A DNA stretch of 64,000 nt from Patescibacteria group bacterium. Lineage in GTDB: Bacteria; Patescibacteriota; UBA1384; DATEAH01. The stretch is taken from the NCBI GenBank assembly GCA_035288465.1, contig DATEAH010000007.1, positions 2,090-66,089 on the forward strand, written 5' to 3'. Made by a program: the position numbers and the translations under genes. Under the pieces are notes generated by a model. The model did no database searches, was not told the DNA's origin, and saw nothing but the letters and a program-made list of their open reading frames with translations. Shown piece by piece: positions 7,930 through 17,341 of this stretch; positions within the stretch are counted from its first letter, which is position 1, and each line of letters starts with the position of its first letter.

Positions 7930-8541
7930 ATGCTCGAGTTCCGGCAGGCTAATGGTAGGGATGAATTGATGAAAGTTTTTAAATTGCGGTATCAGGTTTA
8001 TTGTCTCGAGAAGTGTTTTTTGCCATCATCGGATTACCCTGAGGGTGTTGAAGTTGACGAATTTGATACGGCGTCTGTTCATTTTGTCGCAATGCATACC
8101 GTTGATGGTCAGGAATTGGTTGGAACAATGCGTTTAATACTTGATTCGGACAATGGTTTTCCGGTTGAGAAGCATTTCAGGCTAACTAAACCCATTACAA
8201 ACCGACAAACAACGATCGAACTTTCTCGGTTGATTGTTGCTCCATCGGCAAGGATAATTGCTATTCCTATTTTGATGGGTTTAGCTCGTGAGATTTATTG
8301 GTATTGCAATGATCATCAGATTGAGGATTGCTATGCAGTTTTAGAGGAGCCGTTGCTTAAGATGCTGAAGAGGATTAGATTTCCTTTCCATGTGGCTGGT
8401 AAGGAACAGTGGTATATGGGTGGTCTAACCCGACCAGCATATTTATCGGTTTCTGAAACGGTGAGAGTAATGGTTCGTAGTAATGCTATATTTAGAGAGT
8501 ATCTTACTGAGTCAAAGGGCAATCCCATGATTCTTAGTTAG
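7930..8541 (+). CDS. GNAT-superfamily N-acyltransferase of the LuxI / N-acyl amino acid synthase-like type (Acetyltransf_5-like)
   Basis: FKLRYQVYCLEKCF...DEFD..SVHFVAMH..DGQELVGTMRL pattern typical of autoinducer-synthase-like N-acyl synthases. Confidence 0.55.
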   Translation: MLEFRQANGRDELMKVFKLRYQVYCLEKCFLPSSDYPEGVEVDEFDTASVHFVAMHTVDGQELVGTMRLILDSDNGFPVEKHFRLTKPITNRQTTIELSRLIVAPSARIIAIPILMGLAREIYWYCNDHQIEDCYAVLEEPLLKMLKRIRFPFHVAGKEQWYMGGLTRPAYLSVSETVRVMVRSNAIFREYLTESKGNPMILS

Positions 8542-8582
8542 CGGGGCGACTAGCTTCACAAGCGAGTTTCCCCGTTTTTTTA
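8541..8582 (+). terminator. Rho-independent terminator
   Basis: gcgggg...ccccg hairpin followed by TTTTTTTATTTTT. Confidence 0.6.
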
Positions 8583-8623
8583 TTTTTACAAATATTGTAT
8601 AATTAATTTAGATAAGGGGGTAA

Positions 8624-10441
8624 ATGAGCTATTCAACAATTATTTTGTTATTTATGGTGATATTAAATGTTGGTTTGGCAACGATTGTTTTATTTAATAA
8701 TCTTAAAAATCGGCTAAATCAAATTTTTGCCTTTTTTATTTTGTTTGTAGTTTTATGGACAATAAGTAATTATTTTGCTAATTTCTACGGTCCTTATTCT
8801 TTATTTTGGACACAAATGACGTTTGCAAGTGCGGTATTGGTCGCATTTACCTTAGTTTATTTTTCATATTATTTTCCAAAATCAGAAAGAAAAATCTCTA
8901 ATAAAGAACACCTTATAATTACAATCCCAACAATTTTAATTTTGTTGTTATTATTATTCACAAAAACAGTAATTGCCGGTATTACTATTATTGAAACCGG
9001 GACTGGTGTTGAACAGGGAATATTGTATTATATTTGGCCTGTCTATTTTTTGTTATTTATTATTTTTACATTTTATAACTTGATTAAAAAATACCGGAAT
9101 CTTAATAAAAAGCAACAAATTCAAATGAGAATACTTTTTGTGGGTTTATTATTGAGTTTGTTATTAGCCATTACCACAAATTTACTTTTTCCCTTAATCT
9201 TAAAAAACGATACCTTAAGCAATTATGGTCCATATTCTACTTTTATAATCATTGGGTTTACAACTTATGCAATTATCAAACATGAGTTATTAAATATTCG
9301 AGTAATAGCGACTGAAACCTTGGTAGCATTAATAATATTAGCCTTGATTGTTCAAACTTTATTATCAAAATCGTGGGCTGAGGGATTGATTCGGACAGGA
9401 TTTTTATTGCTTGTCGCTTATTTTGGTTATTTGCTTATTCGGTCGGTTATTCAAGAAATTGAGCGACGAAAAGAGGTGGAGAAACTATCTCGGGAATTAG
9501 AAAAGGCCAATCTTCATCTGCAGGAATTAGATAAACTTAAATCTGAATTCGTCTCGATTGCCAGCCACGATTTATTAACCCCAGTCGCTGCGATCGAAGG
9601 CTATCTGTCGATGATTTTAGATGAAAAATTAATCAAACTCAAAAATCCGAAATTAGAAGATTATTTACACCGCGTTTACGATTCGGCCAAGCGTTTGACC
9701 CGCTTAATTACAGATTTATTAAATATTTCAAGAATCGAAGAAGGCCGCCTGAGATCAGAAAAACAACCCATTGATATTAATGAAACGATTAAGAGCGTGA
9801 TTAAGGAATTATCTATCCAAGCGGATAAATATCATTTGTATTTACGATTTGATGAGCCAAAAGAAAAACCAAAACCAATTTACGCCGACGAAGATCAACT
9901 CAAAGAAATCTTAATAAATTTAATCGGTAATAGCTTGAAGTTTACCAGAAGTGGTGGGGTAACCATTTCGCTTGAAACTCTTTCGACTCATGAAATTGAG
10001 TCAAGGGTCGCAAAACTCGAAGAGACGGCTTTATCGCAAGCCAGCAAACAAGGCGAGATGTTGCCGATGATGGTGGGAACAAAAAGCCGAGTGATGTTAG
10101 GTGATGAGCAATTAGTAATCCACGTCAAAGATACTGGCGTTGGAATTGCTGAAGACGAATTGCCAGGACTTTTTCAAAAATTTTACCGTGGCCGCACTCT
10201 TTGGACAGTGAAAAAAACTCCGGGTACTGGTTTAGGATTATATATTTCAAAATCATTAGTGGAAATGCACAATGGTCGAATCTGGGTAAATGAATCTCGA
10301 AGGGATAATGGTTCTGATTTTGCCTTTAGCGTCCCATTTGTCAAAGACTCAATTATTGTCGGACATCACGAAAAGAAGTTGACTCTTGAAGAGGAAGCAA
10401 AGCTAAAACCTTTGGCGAAGGGACCAACCAGGGATTTTTAA
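8624..10441 (+). CDS. Sensor histidine kinase with a multi-TM N-terminal sensor domain (HisKA + HATPase_c)
   Basis: About 7 N-terminal TM helices; H-box SIASHDLLTPV; G-box GTGLGLYISKSLVEMHNGRIW. Confidence 0.85.
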   Translation: MSYSTIILLFMVILNVGLATIVLFNNLKNRLNQIFAFFILFVVLWTISNYFANFYGPYSLFWTQMTFASAVLVAFTLVYFSYYFPKSERKISNKEHLIITIPTILILLLLLFTKTVIAGITIIETGTGVEQGILYYIWPVYFLLFIIFTFYNLIKKYRNLNKKQQIQMRILFVGLLLSLLLAITTNLLFPLILKNDTLSNYGPYSTFIIIGFTTYAIIKHELLNIRVIATETLVALIILALIVQTLLSKSWAEGLIRTGFLLLVAYFGYLLIRSVIQEIERRKEVEKLSRELEKANLHLQELDKLKSEFVSIASHDLLTPVAAIEGYLSMILDEKLIKLKNPKLEDYLHRVYDSAKRLTRLITDLLNISRIEEGRLRSEKQPIDINETIKSVIKELSIQADKYHLYLRFDEPKEKPKPIYADEDQLKEILINLIGNSLKFTRSGGVTISLETLSTHEIESRVAKLEETALSQASKQGEMLPMMVGTKSRVMLGDEQLVIHVKDTGVGIAEDELPGLFQKFYRGRTLWTVKKTPGTGLGLYISKSLVEMHNGRIWVNESRRDNGSDFAFSVPFVKDSIIVGHHEKKLTLEEEAKLKPLAKGPTRDF

Positions 10442-10489
10442 AAGTTGACATTTTTAGTGAATCAAATATGATGGAGGTGCGGAGGAAAA

Positions 10490-10897
10490 ATGGTAGAAGC
10501 AAAAGCAACAATTTTAATCGCTGAAGATGATTTAACCCTAAGAGACATGTATCAAATTCGCTTGGAAGCGGGCGGTTATCGAGTTTTGGTGGCAGCAAAT
10601 GGTGAGGAAGCCTTGCAAGTTTTGGAAAAAGAAAAGCCAGATGTAATTTTGCTTGATATTATGATGCCAAAAATTAATGGCTTAGATGTCTTGGAAAAAG
10701 TAAAAACTAACCCAGCTACCAAAGCGACCCCAGTTATTATTTTAACGGTCTTAATCCAAGATCAGACTCGTGTTAAGGGATTGATGTCAGGCGCGGATGA
10801 TTATTTGATTAAATCCGAAACCATGCCTGGCGAAGTCATTAAAAAAATTGAAGAAGTCTTGGCGAGAAACCAAAAAAATAAAACCGAAGAGAAATAA
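10490..10897 (+). CDS. Stand-alone response regulator receiver (CheY-like, no output domain)
   Basis: ILIAEDD...DVILLDIMMPKINGLDVL...LTVL; 135 aa. Confidence 0.85.
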   Translation: MVEAKATILIAEDDLTLRDMYQIRLEAGGYRVLVAANGEEALQVLEKEKPDVILLDIMMPKINGLDVLEKVKTNPATKATPVIILTVLIQDQTRVKGLMSGADDYLIKSETMPGEVIKKIEEVLARNQKNKTEEK

Positions 10898-10905
10898 AAA
10901 CAAAA

Positions 10906-11997
10906 ATGGAAGAAATTAATATTTCCGAAGAAAAACAATCTAAAAAGCCAAATTTTTTATTAAGGCCATTTTCAAGGACTACGAAAATAGTCCTTTTAAT
11001 TTTATTGATAATTTTTGGTTTAGTTTTTGCCTGGGCGATTTATGTTACGCCGATTGCTGATTCTTTTAACCCTTTTGCTAGCCGTAAAGGAGATCAGGGG
11101 GAATTGCCAACCTTAAATGCGGTCTGTCCGTTAAATGGAAGTGCCGCGGCTGATGATATGGTGGGAAATCGTCCTTTTGGCGTCATGATTGAAAACCATC
11201 CCGATGCCAGACCCCAATCTGGTTTAGACAAAGCTGATTTGGTCTATGAAGTAGTTACTGAAGGTGGCATTACTCGGTTCTTGGCATTTTTTGGGTGCCA
11301 AAACCCAAGCCAAATTGGACCGGTTCGATCGTCTCGGATTTATTATTTAGATTGGGTTTCGGAGTTAAAATCATTTTACGCTCATGCGGGCGGTTCACCC
11401 GATTCTTTGGCCGCTATTCAACAACGTGGGATTTTGGATTTAAATCATGCCACTGGTTATTTTTGGCGATCAACAAGTCGAGCTGCACCTCATAATTTAT
11501 ATACCTCATTAGAAAAACTTAAATCGTATGCTCAGAGCCGTCATTATGATTTAAATAAAGCTGATTTCACATTATGGAAATTTAAAGATGATCCGGAAAA
11601 ATCTGCTCGACCTGAATCAAAAAGCGTTAAAATTAATTTTTCTTCAGCCTCGTTTCTGGTTTCTTATTCCTATAATAAAGAGACAAATAATTGGTCAAGG
11701 TCAATGGCAGGCAAATCTCATTTAGACGCGGCGACAGGGAAACAGCTTAAAGTTAAAAATATTGTGGTTCAATATAGTCAAATTGTGGCTCGAAGTGATG
11801 GTCGGGTTGATGTCGGCAATATTGGATCAGGTCAAGCTTTATTCTTTATTGATGGCATAGCCTTGACCGGTACTTGGAAAAAAGATTCGACCAGCGCTCG
11901 AACTATATATGCCGATTCAAATGGCAGGGAGATTGAATTTTCACGTGGTCCAATTTGGATTGAAGTGGTTAAATTAGGAACAGTCATAAATTATTAA
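10906..11997 (+). CDS. DUF3048 domain-containing secreted/membrane-anchored protein
   Basis: N-terminal TM; RPFGVMIENHPDARPQSGL..ADLVYEVVTEGGITRFLAFF..GPVRSSRIYY matches the DUF3048 signature. Confidence 0.6.
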   Translation: MEEINISEEKQSKKPNFLLRPFSRTTKIVLLILLIIFGLVFAWAIYVTPIADSFNPFASRKGDQGELPTLNAVCPLNGSAAADDMVGNRPFGVMIENHPDARPQSGLDKADLVYEVVTEGGITRFLAFFGCQNPSQIGPVRSSRIYYLDWVSELKSFYAHAGGSPDSLAAIQQRGILDLNHATGYFWRSTSRAAPHNLYTSLEKLKSYAQSRHYDLNKADFTLWKFKDDPEKSARPESKSVKINFSSASFLVSYSYNKETNNWSRSMAGKSHLDAATGKQLKVKNIVVQYSQIVARSDGRVDVGNIGSGQALFFIDGIALTGTWKKDSTSARTIYADSNGREIEFSRGPIWIEVVKLGTVINY

Positions 11998-12030
11998 TAA
12001 ATCATAGATAGCTTTAAATTTAGATTTAAT

Positions 12031-12056
12031 AAAATCCGCCAGCAGGCGGATTTTAT
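12031..12056. terminator. Bidirectional intrinsic terminator between convergent genes
   Basis: AAAATCCGCC-agca-GGCGGATTTT perfect palindrome flanked by A/T runs. Confidence 0.65.
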
Positions 12057-12074
12057 TGATTGGCAAGCTGATTT

Positions 12075-12341
12075 CTATTTATAGGGGACGAGAGGATCTG
12101 GCCGACCGGTACTTTCGGTGGCGGAAACCGGATTGGTATAATTTCGGGTAGCCTCAACCTTTTTAGTTTCAGCCGTATCTTTAATCGTAATTTCTGGTTT
12201 AACGACATCTGGAGTGAAATTATATAATAAATAACCTTGATAACCTAAATAAGCAAACAACGCCATAAAAGCAATCACGATTAAAAATTTTACCGTTTTA
12301 TTGATAATTGAAAAGCTTGTTTTGGTATTTTTTTCAGTCAT
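12075..12341 (-). CDS. Small single-TM protein at the 3' end of the pilus operon (hypothetical)
   Basis: 88-aa ORF with a central TM helix; its start overlaps the upstream stop. Confidence 0.4.
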   Translation of the reverse strand: MTEKNTKTSFSIINKTVKFLIVIAFMALFAYLGYQGYLLYNFTPDVVKPEITIKDTAETKKVEATRNYTNPVSATESTGRPDPLVPYK

Positions 12342-12886
12342 TTGGTGGCCTTTCTTTGGTAAACCGAACCATTAATTTTAGCTTTAGTCTTTTCTGGTGT
12401 GTATTGTAATTCAATGCCGGTCGCATTATTAATTTGGGCTAATTGAGTTAAGCCTGACAAGAACCTTACAAACGAGCCAAAATTTCCCTCTAATTCGATT
12501 TCAAATTTACTTTCATCAACACCACTGACAGTAGAAGTGGTTTTGGTTTTTTGATCAGCGGCGGTCGGAAATTTGATTGAGGTGAGGGTATTTCCTGAAC
12601 TTTGGGCAAGAGCTTCAGCCTGAGTGGTAAAATTTGTCGAGCTATCTTGAGGTAGATAATTTAGCATTTTATCAATTTTTGGCTTTTTAGTTTCAAATTC
12701 TTTAGCGAATTTTTCTAAATCGACTAACTCGTCTTTAGCAATAATTAATTCTTGATTTTTGGTTTTATTTTCTTTGTATTGTTTGGCGAGTTGTCCGGTA
12801 AGCGGTTTGACGACAAAATAAAGGACCGCCACAATAATGAAGCTGAAAAGGATCACGACGGTTAAATTTTTTTGTTCTACAGACAT
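12338..12886 (-). CDS. pilO: Type IV pilus assembly protein PilO-like
   Basis: N-terminal TM plus coiled coil; position after pilN; start chosen at MSVEQKN (GAGGAG RBS) to avoid overlap with pilN. Confidence 0.55.
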   Translation of the reverse strand: MSVEQKNLTVVILFSFIIVAVLYFVVKPLTGQLAKQYKENKTKNQELIIAKDELVDLEKFAKEFETKKPKIDKMLNYLPQDSSTNFTTQAEALAQSSGNTLTSIKFPTAADQKTKTTSTVSGVDESKFEIELEGNFGSFVRFLSGLTQLAQINNATGIELQYTPEKTKAKINGSVYQRKATK

Positions 12887-12890
12887 ATTA

Positions 12891-13478
12891 TTACTCCTCA
12901 GATTTGGTGCCGGTTGATTGAGTGGTAGGTGCAAATTTAGCATTTGCTAATTCCGCGATCATTTGAAAAGTTAAGCCACCGCCATCAGGATTAATTGAAG
13001 CGGAAATAAAAACCGGATTATTAAATTCATTCGAAGTAGCCAGTTTAGTCTTAAAAAGCATCACCGTGCGGTAACTACCAGCAAAACCGGCAATTTCGAT
13101 TTTATTTTGGGATTGTTCGTTAATCTTAAAGGTGGTTAATTGGAGATTGCCCGGAGTTTGATTGGCTAAATTCAAGAGAATTTTTTCCCAATCGACTTGA
13201 TACGCGGAGATTTTTTTAATAATGGTAGAAGTTTCATTATATTTTTGAACTTGAGATAAAATCTGGTCGTATTGTTTACGCTTATTGGCAGCATCATTTA
13301 TTTGATTTGCAAGGCCACGATTGATGATATTGAAATATTGGACTCCAGAAAAGATGACGATTAAGATTAAAACAACTAACAGGGCAATCGGAGTCATATA
13401 CGAAGAATAATAAAGACTTTTTCTTTTTGAAATAATTTTTTCTTTTTCTTGTGGCGGGAGAAGGTTGATTTTTATCAT
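12891..13478 (-). CDS. pilN: Type IV pilus assembly protein PilN
   Basis: MIKINLLPPQEKEK N-terminus typical of PilN; TM helix; follows pilM with overlapping start/stop. Confidence 0.7.
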   Translation of the reverse strand: MIKINLLPPQEKEKIISKRKSLYYSSYMTPIALLVVLILIVIFSGVQYFNIINRGLANQINDAANKRKQYDQILSQVQKYNETSTIIKKISAYQVDWEKILLNLANQTPGNLQLTTFKINEQSQNKIEIAGFAGSYRTVMLFKTKLATSNEFNNPVFISASINPDGGGLTFQMIAELANAKFAPTTQSTGTKSEE

Positions 13479-14527
13479 TAGTATTGATCCCTTAAAGCTA
13501 AGCCAGCCGCTGTAGTTAATCGTAAAATTTGTTCTTGAGGCATTTTTCGCCAGGTTCGTGAGGCGATATTAACAAATGGGTTGGCAATATTGGTTTTTTT
13601 GCCAGTCGTTTCGGTTAAATAAGTGGCAATTTCAGGGGTTAATGCCCCGCCCCCACAAAGTCGAATTTCAGAAATTTTACGGGCCGGCTTGGTGCGCGTT
13701 TCATAAAATTTAATGGCGTTATTGATTTCTTCAATGACATCATTGATAACCGGCGACATTGCCGCAATTAGATTTAACTTAGGGTCTTTTTTGAAACCCG
13801 TTTCTCTTTTAAGTTTTTCAGCTTCAACATCAGTAATTTTTAAGCTATTGGCGAGACTTTTCGTTAAAGTGTTGCCGCCATGAGGTACGGTGTAGGTGAA
13901 TTTGATGCTATCAACATCGTAAATGCTAATGCCAATGGCGGCGGCGCCAATATCAAGGATTAAAAAGGTACCTTGTTCTCCTTTTTTGGCAATGGCGCGA
14001 GCGGCGGCGATTGGTTTGGTCTCAAGGGCGATCAAATCAATGCCAATAGATTTAAAGATTTTAAAATAATTATCGACTAAATATCTTGGGGCAGCCACGA
14101 TTAGGACATTTAGGCTATTTTGGGAGGCTGGTCCTAAGGAAAACCAATCTAAATATAATTCATTTTGGGGGATGGGAATATGTCGAGCCGCTTCGGTGGG
14201 GACGGCAACAGCTAATTCTTCATCAGTCATTTTTGGAATTTGAATTATCTTTGTAAAAACCTTAGATTCTGGCAAACCGGAAACGGCGGTTTTTTCGAAA
14301 ATACGAGGCCTGGCAGTTCGACAAGCGTTTTTAATCGCATCAGCAATTACCCGATCGGCAATGTCTTTTTGCTGGTTGGCTTTGGCGGGAATATTAACAA
14401 TATTAAAGGATTTTAAATAATTTTGATTGCCACGTTTTTTTAAAGCCACAATTTTTACGCTATCGTAACCTAAATCAACACCAAGTAAGTTTTCCTGAAT
14501 TTGTAAAAAACGATCAAATGAAGACAT
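13478..14527 (-). CDS. pilM: Type IV pilus assembly protein PilM (actin-like ATPase fold)
   Basis: LGVDLGYDSVKIVALKK...; FtsA/PilM-like family; operon context. Confidence 0.8.
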   Translation of the reverse strand: MSSFDRFLQIQENLLGVDLGYDSVKIVALKKRGNQNYLKSFNIVNIPAKANQQKDIADRVIADAIKNACRTARPRIFEKTAVSGLPESKVFTKIIQIPKMTDEELAVAVPTEAARHIPIPQNELYLDWFSLGPASQNSLNVLIVAAPRYLVDNYFKIFKSIGIDLIALETKPIAAARAIAKKGEQGTFLILDIGAAAIGISIYDVDSIKFTYTVPHGGNTLTKSLANSLKITDVEAEKLKRETGFKKDPKLNLIAAMSPVINDVIEEINNAIKFYETRTKPARKISEIRLCGGGALTPEIATYLTETTGKKTNIANPFVNIASRTWRKMPQEQILRLTTAAGLALRDQY

Positions 14528-14647
14528 TATTCCTCAATAAATAATCAGCCCCGGATAATTTTTAAATTTTAAGGATAGAGATGCGCCCCTGACCTTTAAT
14601 ACTAATTTTAATTTATCAATAAATGAAATATCTGTCAATTTTTAAAG

Positions 14648-15856
14648 CTAATAAATTTCGTTCCAAGTTTTACTTTTCATAAGCCATTTACCGCCAGGAC
14701 CAGTGGTAAAGATGGAACTTGCTAATCCCATGTCATAATCTAAGGTGGCGCTGCTATTCAAGGTGAGTTTTTTACCAATCAGTGATACCACATGGCCATT
14801 TGAATTAATGGTAATGCCACCATTTAAGGCATAAAATAAGCCACCGACACCATTGGAATTAATCGTGTTGGCAAAAACATCAGTGCTGGTGGAGGCGAAA
14901 AGAATATAGCCTTTAGGATCAGCACTGGTTGGATAAATATTGGTGTTGCTTTCGATTACGACGGTGCCGTCAACAACAATCACCGTGCCTGCCGAGACAA
15001 ATTGTGGATCGAGCCTGAGGGTTGAATTTGACCTCATCACAAAATTCCCGGTCACATATATGGGACCTTTGAGGGTGGTATCTGAATTTTGGCCAAGAGT
15101 TAAATTACCAACAACTTTGCGAGGTCCAAAATCGCCGGTGCCAGTAATAGTATAATCGCCGTTAATTTGATCGTCATTTTCGCTGGCGGCATTTTTCCAA
15201 AAATCAATCGTGATAACAGGCATTTGTTGTGATGGGGCACCCGGGTTGGTGGTGCCGGAAATTTCCGGATTTGGAGTGGTAATAGTGGTGACCGCATAGG
15301 CATCACCATTAATATGTGAATTTGAAGCCCCGGCAATATGGCCATTAGAATAAACATTACCATTAATGATAGAATTGCTGGCCATTTCCAAGCCCCATTC
15401 ACCAATTTGGACCGCATAATGGAAGGCGGCTTCTTCTTCAGAAGCTTCGGTGCTGGCAATGATTTGAATTTGGCGTTGGGCGGGAAAGGGTGAAGAAACT
15501 GGGTAGTAACCGGTCGAAGTAATGAGTCTTTCGTTCGGATCAGAAGCTGAAGGGGCAACCGTGACCGTAAATTTGCCCCCACCCAGAGCAGTATTTTGTT
15601 CGCCGGCATAATTTAAACTTGGTTGGTTGAGGCCCCATAGTGCTTTTTGAATGCCAGATTCAGCTAAAGTAAAAGCCAAATTAGAGTTTTTTAAATTTTT
15701 AGTAATTTTTAAATCATAAGAAACAACGGAGATAAAAAGCGTACCAATTGCCATCATAATCACCATAATAAAGAGGACGGTAGTCAGGGCAAAACCAGAA
15801 TTATTACGAAAATTCTGGCCAAAGATTTTAAAATTTAAAAGTTTGTTTTTTTTCAT
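14648..15856 (-). CDS. PilX-N-domain pilus-associated protein (putative minor pilin / tip protein)
   Basis: N-terminal GFALTTVLFIMVIMMAIGTLFISV...LAESGIQKALWGL resembling the PilX N-terminal domain. Confidence 0.6.
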   Translation of the reverse strand: MKKNKLLNFKIFGQNFRNNSGFALTTVLFIMVIMMAIGTLFISVVSYDLKITKNLKNSNLAFTLAESGIQKALWGLNQPSLNYAGEQNTALGGGKFTVTVAPSASDPNERLITSTGYYPVSSPFPAQRQIQIIASTEASEEEAAFHYAVQIGEWGLEMASNSIINGNVYSNGHIAGASNSHINGDAYAVTTITTPNPEISGTTNPGAPSQQMPVITIDFWKNAASENDDQINGDYTITGTGDFGPRKVVGNLTLGQNSDTTLKGPIYVTGNFVMRSNSTLRLDPQFVSAGTVIVVDGTVVIESNTNIYPTSADPKGYILFASTSTDVFANTINSNGVGGLFYALNGGITINSNGHVVSLIGKKLTLNSSATLDYDMGLASSIFTTGPGGKWLMKSKTWNEIY

Positions 15857-16443
15857 ATTAAATTCCGAGGTTTAATTTCTGTTTGTAAATTAATTGTTTG
15901 CGAGCCTTGAGTTGCGGTTAAATCAATGGTGATAATGGAAGTTCCATAAAGCGTCAAGCCGGTGATGTTACTAGAAATAATAGTATCCTCATCAGAGCTA
16001 AGAACGGCATCGCTGGTGTCATATGAAACCCAGACTTCAGCGGAATCGACATAGTAGTGATAAATCTGACGTTTTAAATCTGTGCCGGAAAGGTAATATT
16101 TAATATATCTTATTTTTTCAAAATTAGAATCTCGAAAACTAATTTCATGTGCAACTAAGGGATTATCTTTGGTGGCAGTTAAAACCGTGGCGATTTCTTC
16201 AGTTTCTCTGAGCTCTCGGGAAATTCTTTCCAAGCCAATGCGGGCGTTTTGGGTTAAATCAGTTTGGGCTGAGCCAGTTTTATAAGATTTTTGGCTAACC
16301 GCATAAACAGTATAGATTGAACCTAAAATCAAGAGTGAAACTGTAATCGCAACTAATAATTCCATTAAGCTAAAACCGGCTTGATTGAATTTTAAATTGC
16401 GACGAGTTTTGGAATTTACGAATTTTTGGGGCAAAAATCTCAT
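15853..16443 (-). CDS. Minor pilin with prepilin-type N-terminal cleavage/methylation domain
   Basis: GFSLMELLVAITVSLLILG class III signal peptide. Confidence 0.7.
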   Translation of the reverse strand: MRFLPQKFVNSKTRRNLKFNQAGFSLMELLVAITVSLLILGSIYTVYAVSQKSYKTGSAQTDLTQNARIGLERISRELRETEEIATVLTATKDNPLVAHEISFRDSNFEKIRYIKYYLSGTDLKRQIYHYYVDSAEVWVSYDTSDAVLSSDEDTIISSNITGLTLYGTSIITIDLTATQGSQTINLQTEIKPRNLI

Positions 16444-16444
16444 T

Positions 16445-16882
16445 TTATTTACCTTTAAGATAAGTGCTGGTCAGACTTTTTTGTTGGCCACCGTCAGTCC
16501 AAAAGACGGTGGCGGTAATTTTTTTCAAGTTCGTTTCTGTTTGAGACTGGACTAAGCCATTATTTACATAGATAACTATGGTTTGAAAATAATAATCATA
16601 AAATGGGCTTGTGGTATCACTTGTAATACGGTTTTTTACCTGACTTGTAACTGAAACATATGCAGTATTTTGGATCTTTTCTATTTCACCTTGGAGTAAA
16701 TTTGAAGCGGTGGTTTCCTTTTCAGAAGTTTTGGTGGCTCTTAAGCCAGCTGGAAAAAGTTGAATAATCGCGGTCGTGGTTATAATAAAAACCAGCAAAG
16801 CCAATAAAACTTCAACCAAGGTGAAGCCATTTTTGGCCGGTTTTGAATTTTTTACTTTAAGATTTTGTCTTGATATTCTCAT
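16445..16882 (-). CDS. Minor pilin (prepilin-type N-terminus)
   Basis: NGFTLVEVLLALLVFIITT; start set at MRISRQ (ATG at 16882) directly after the upstream stop rather than 16939. Confidence 0.7.
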   Translation of the reverse strand: MRISRQNLKVKNSKPAKNGFTLVEVLLALLVFIITTTAIIQLFPAGLRATKTSEKETTASNLLQGEIEKIQNTAYVSVTSQVKNRITSDTTSPFYDYYFQTIVIYVNNGLVQSQTETNLKKITATVFWTDGGQQKSLTSTYLKGK

Positions 16883-16883
16883 A

Positions 16884-17333
16884 TTAATAGGTTTTAATTT
16901 GTCCGACCGGGGTAATTTCAATAGTAATTTTTTCACCAAGATTATTATTTAAGATTATGGTACCATAATTTAAGGGTGCACTCGAAGGTGTAAAAGTAAT
17001 TTGATTATTGGTAAGATTTACTTGGAAAAAGCGAATCCCACGAGATAGGTTGGTGTTGCTGACTTCTGTTTCAGAGCCATCAACTGCTAAGCGATAATTG
17101 GTGTAGCTATCGTTTCCTAAATTAAACCTCACTAAATGCCGAGCTTGAGTGGAAACAGTGGAGCTTTGGGCTTCACGTAGGGCTGCGACCATTTCTCTCG
17201 CCGAACCAGTCAACCGATAATGGGGTGCGACTCGAGTCAGGGCCGCGAAGGAAACAACGCTAAGGATTAAAATGATAGAAATTACGACGAGAACTTCAAC
17301 TATACTGATGCCTTGTCGGAAATATTGATTCAT
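16884..17333 (-). CDS. Pseudopilin / minor pilin (GspH/FimT-like, prepilin-type N-terminus)
   Basis: QGISIVEVLVVISIILILSVVSFAAL. Confidence 0.7.
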   Translation of the reverse strand: MNQYFRQGISIVEVLVVISIILILSVVSFAALTRVAPHYRLTGSAREMVAALREAQSSTVSTQARHLVRFNLGNDSYTNYRLAVDGSETEVSNTNLSRGIRFFQVNLTNNQITFTPSSAPLNYGTIILNNNLGEKITIEITPVGQIKTY

Positions 17334-17341
17334 ATTTTTCT

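Noticed and set aside
15100-15609. 169-aa minus-strand ORF in an alternative frame within the PilX-like gene, and 14940-15155(+)
   Set aside because: Overlap a longer ORF with a recognisable pilin-type N-terminus; low-complexity translations.
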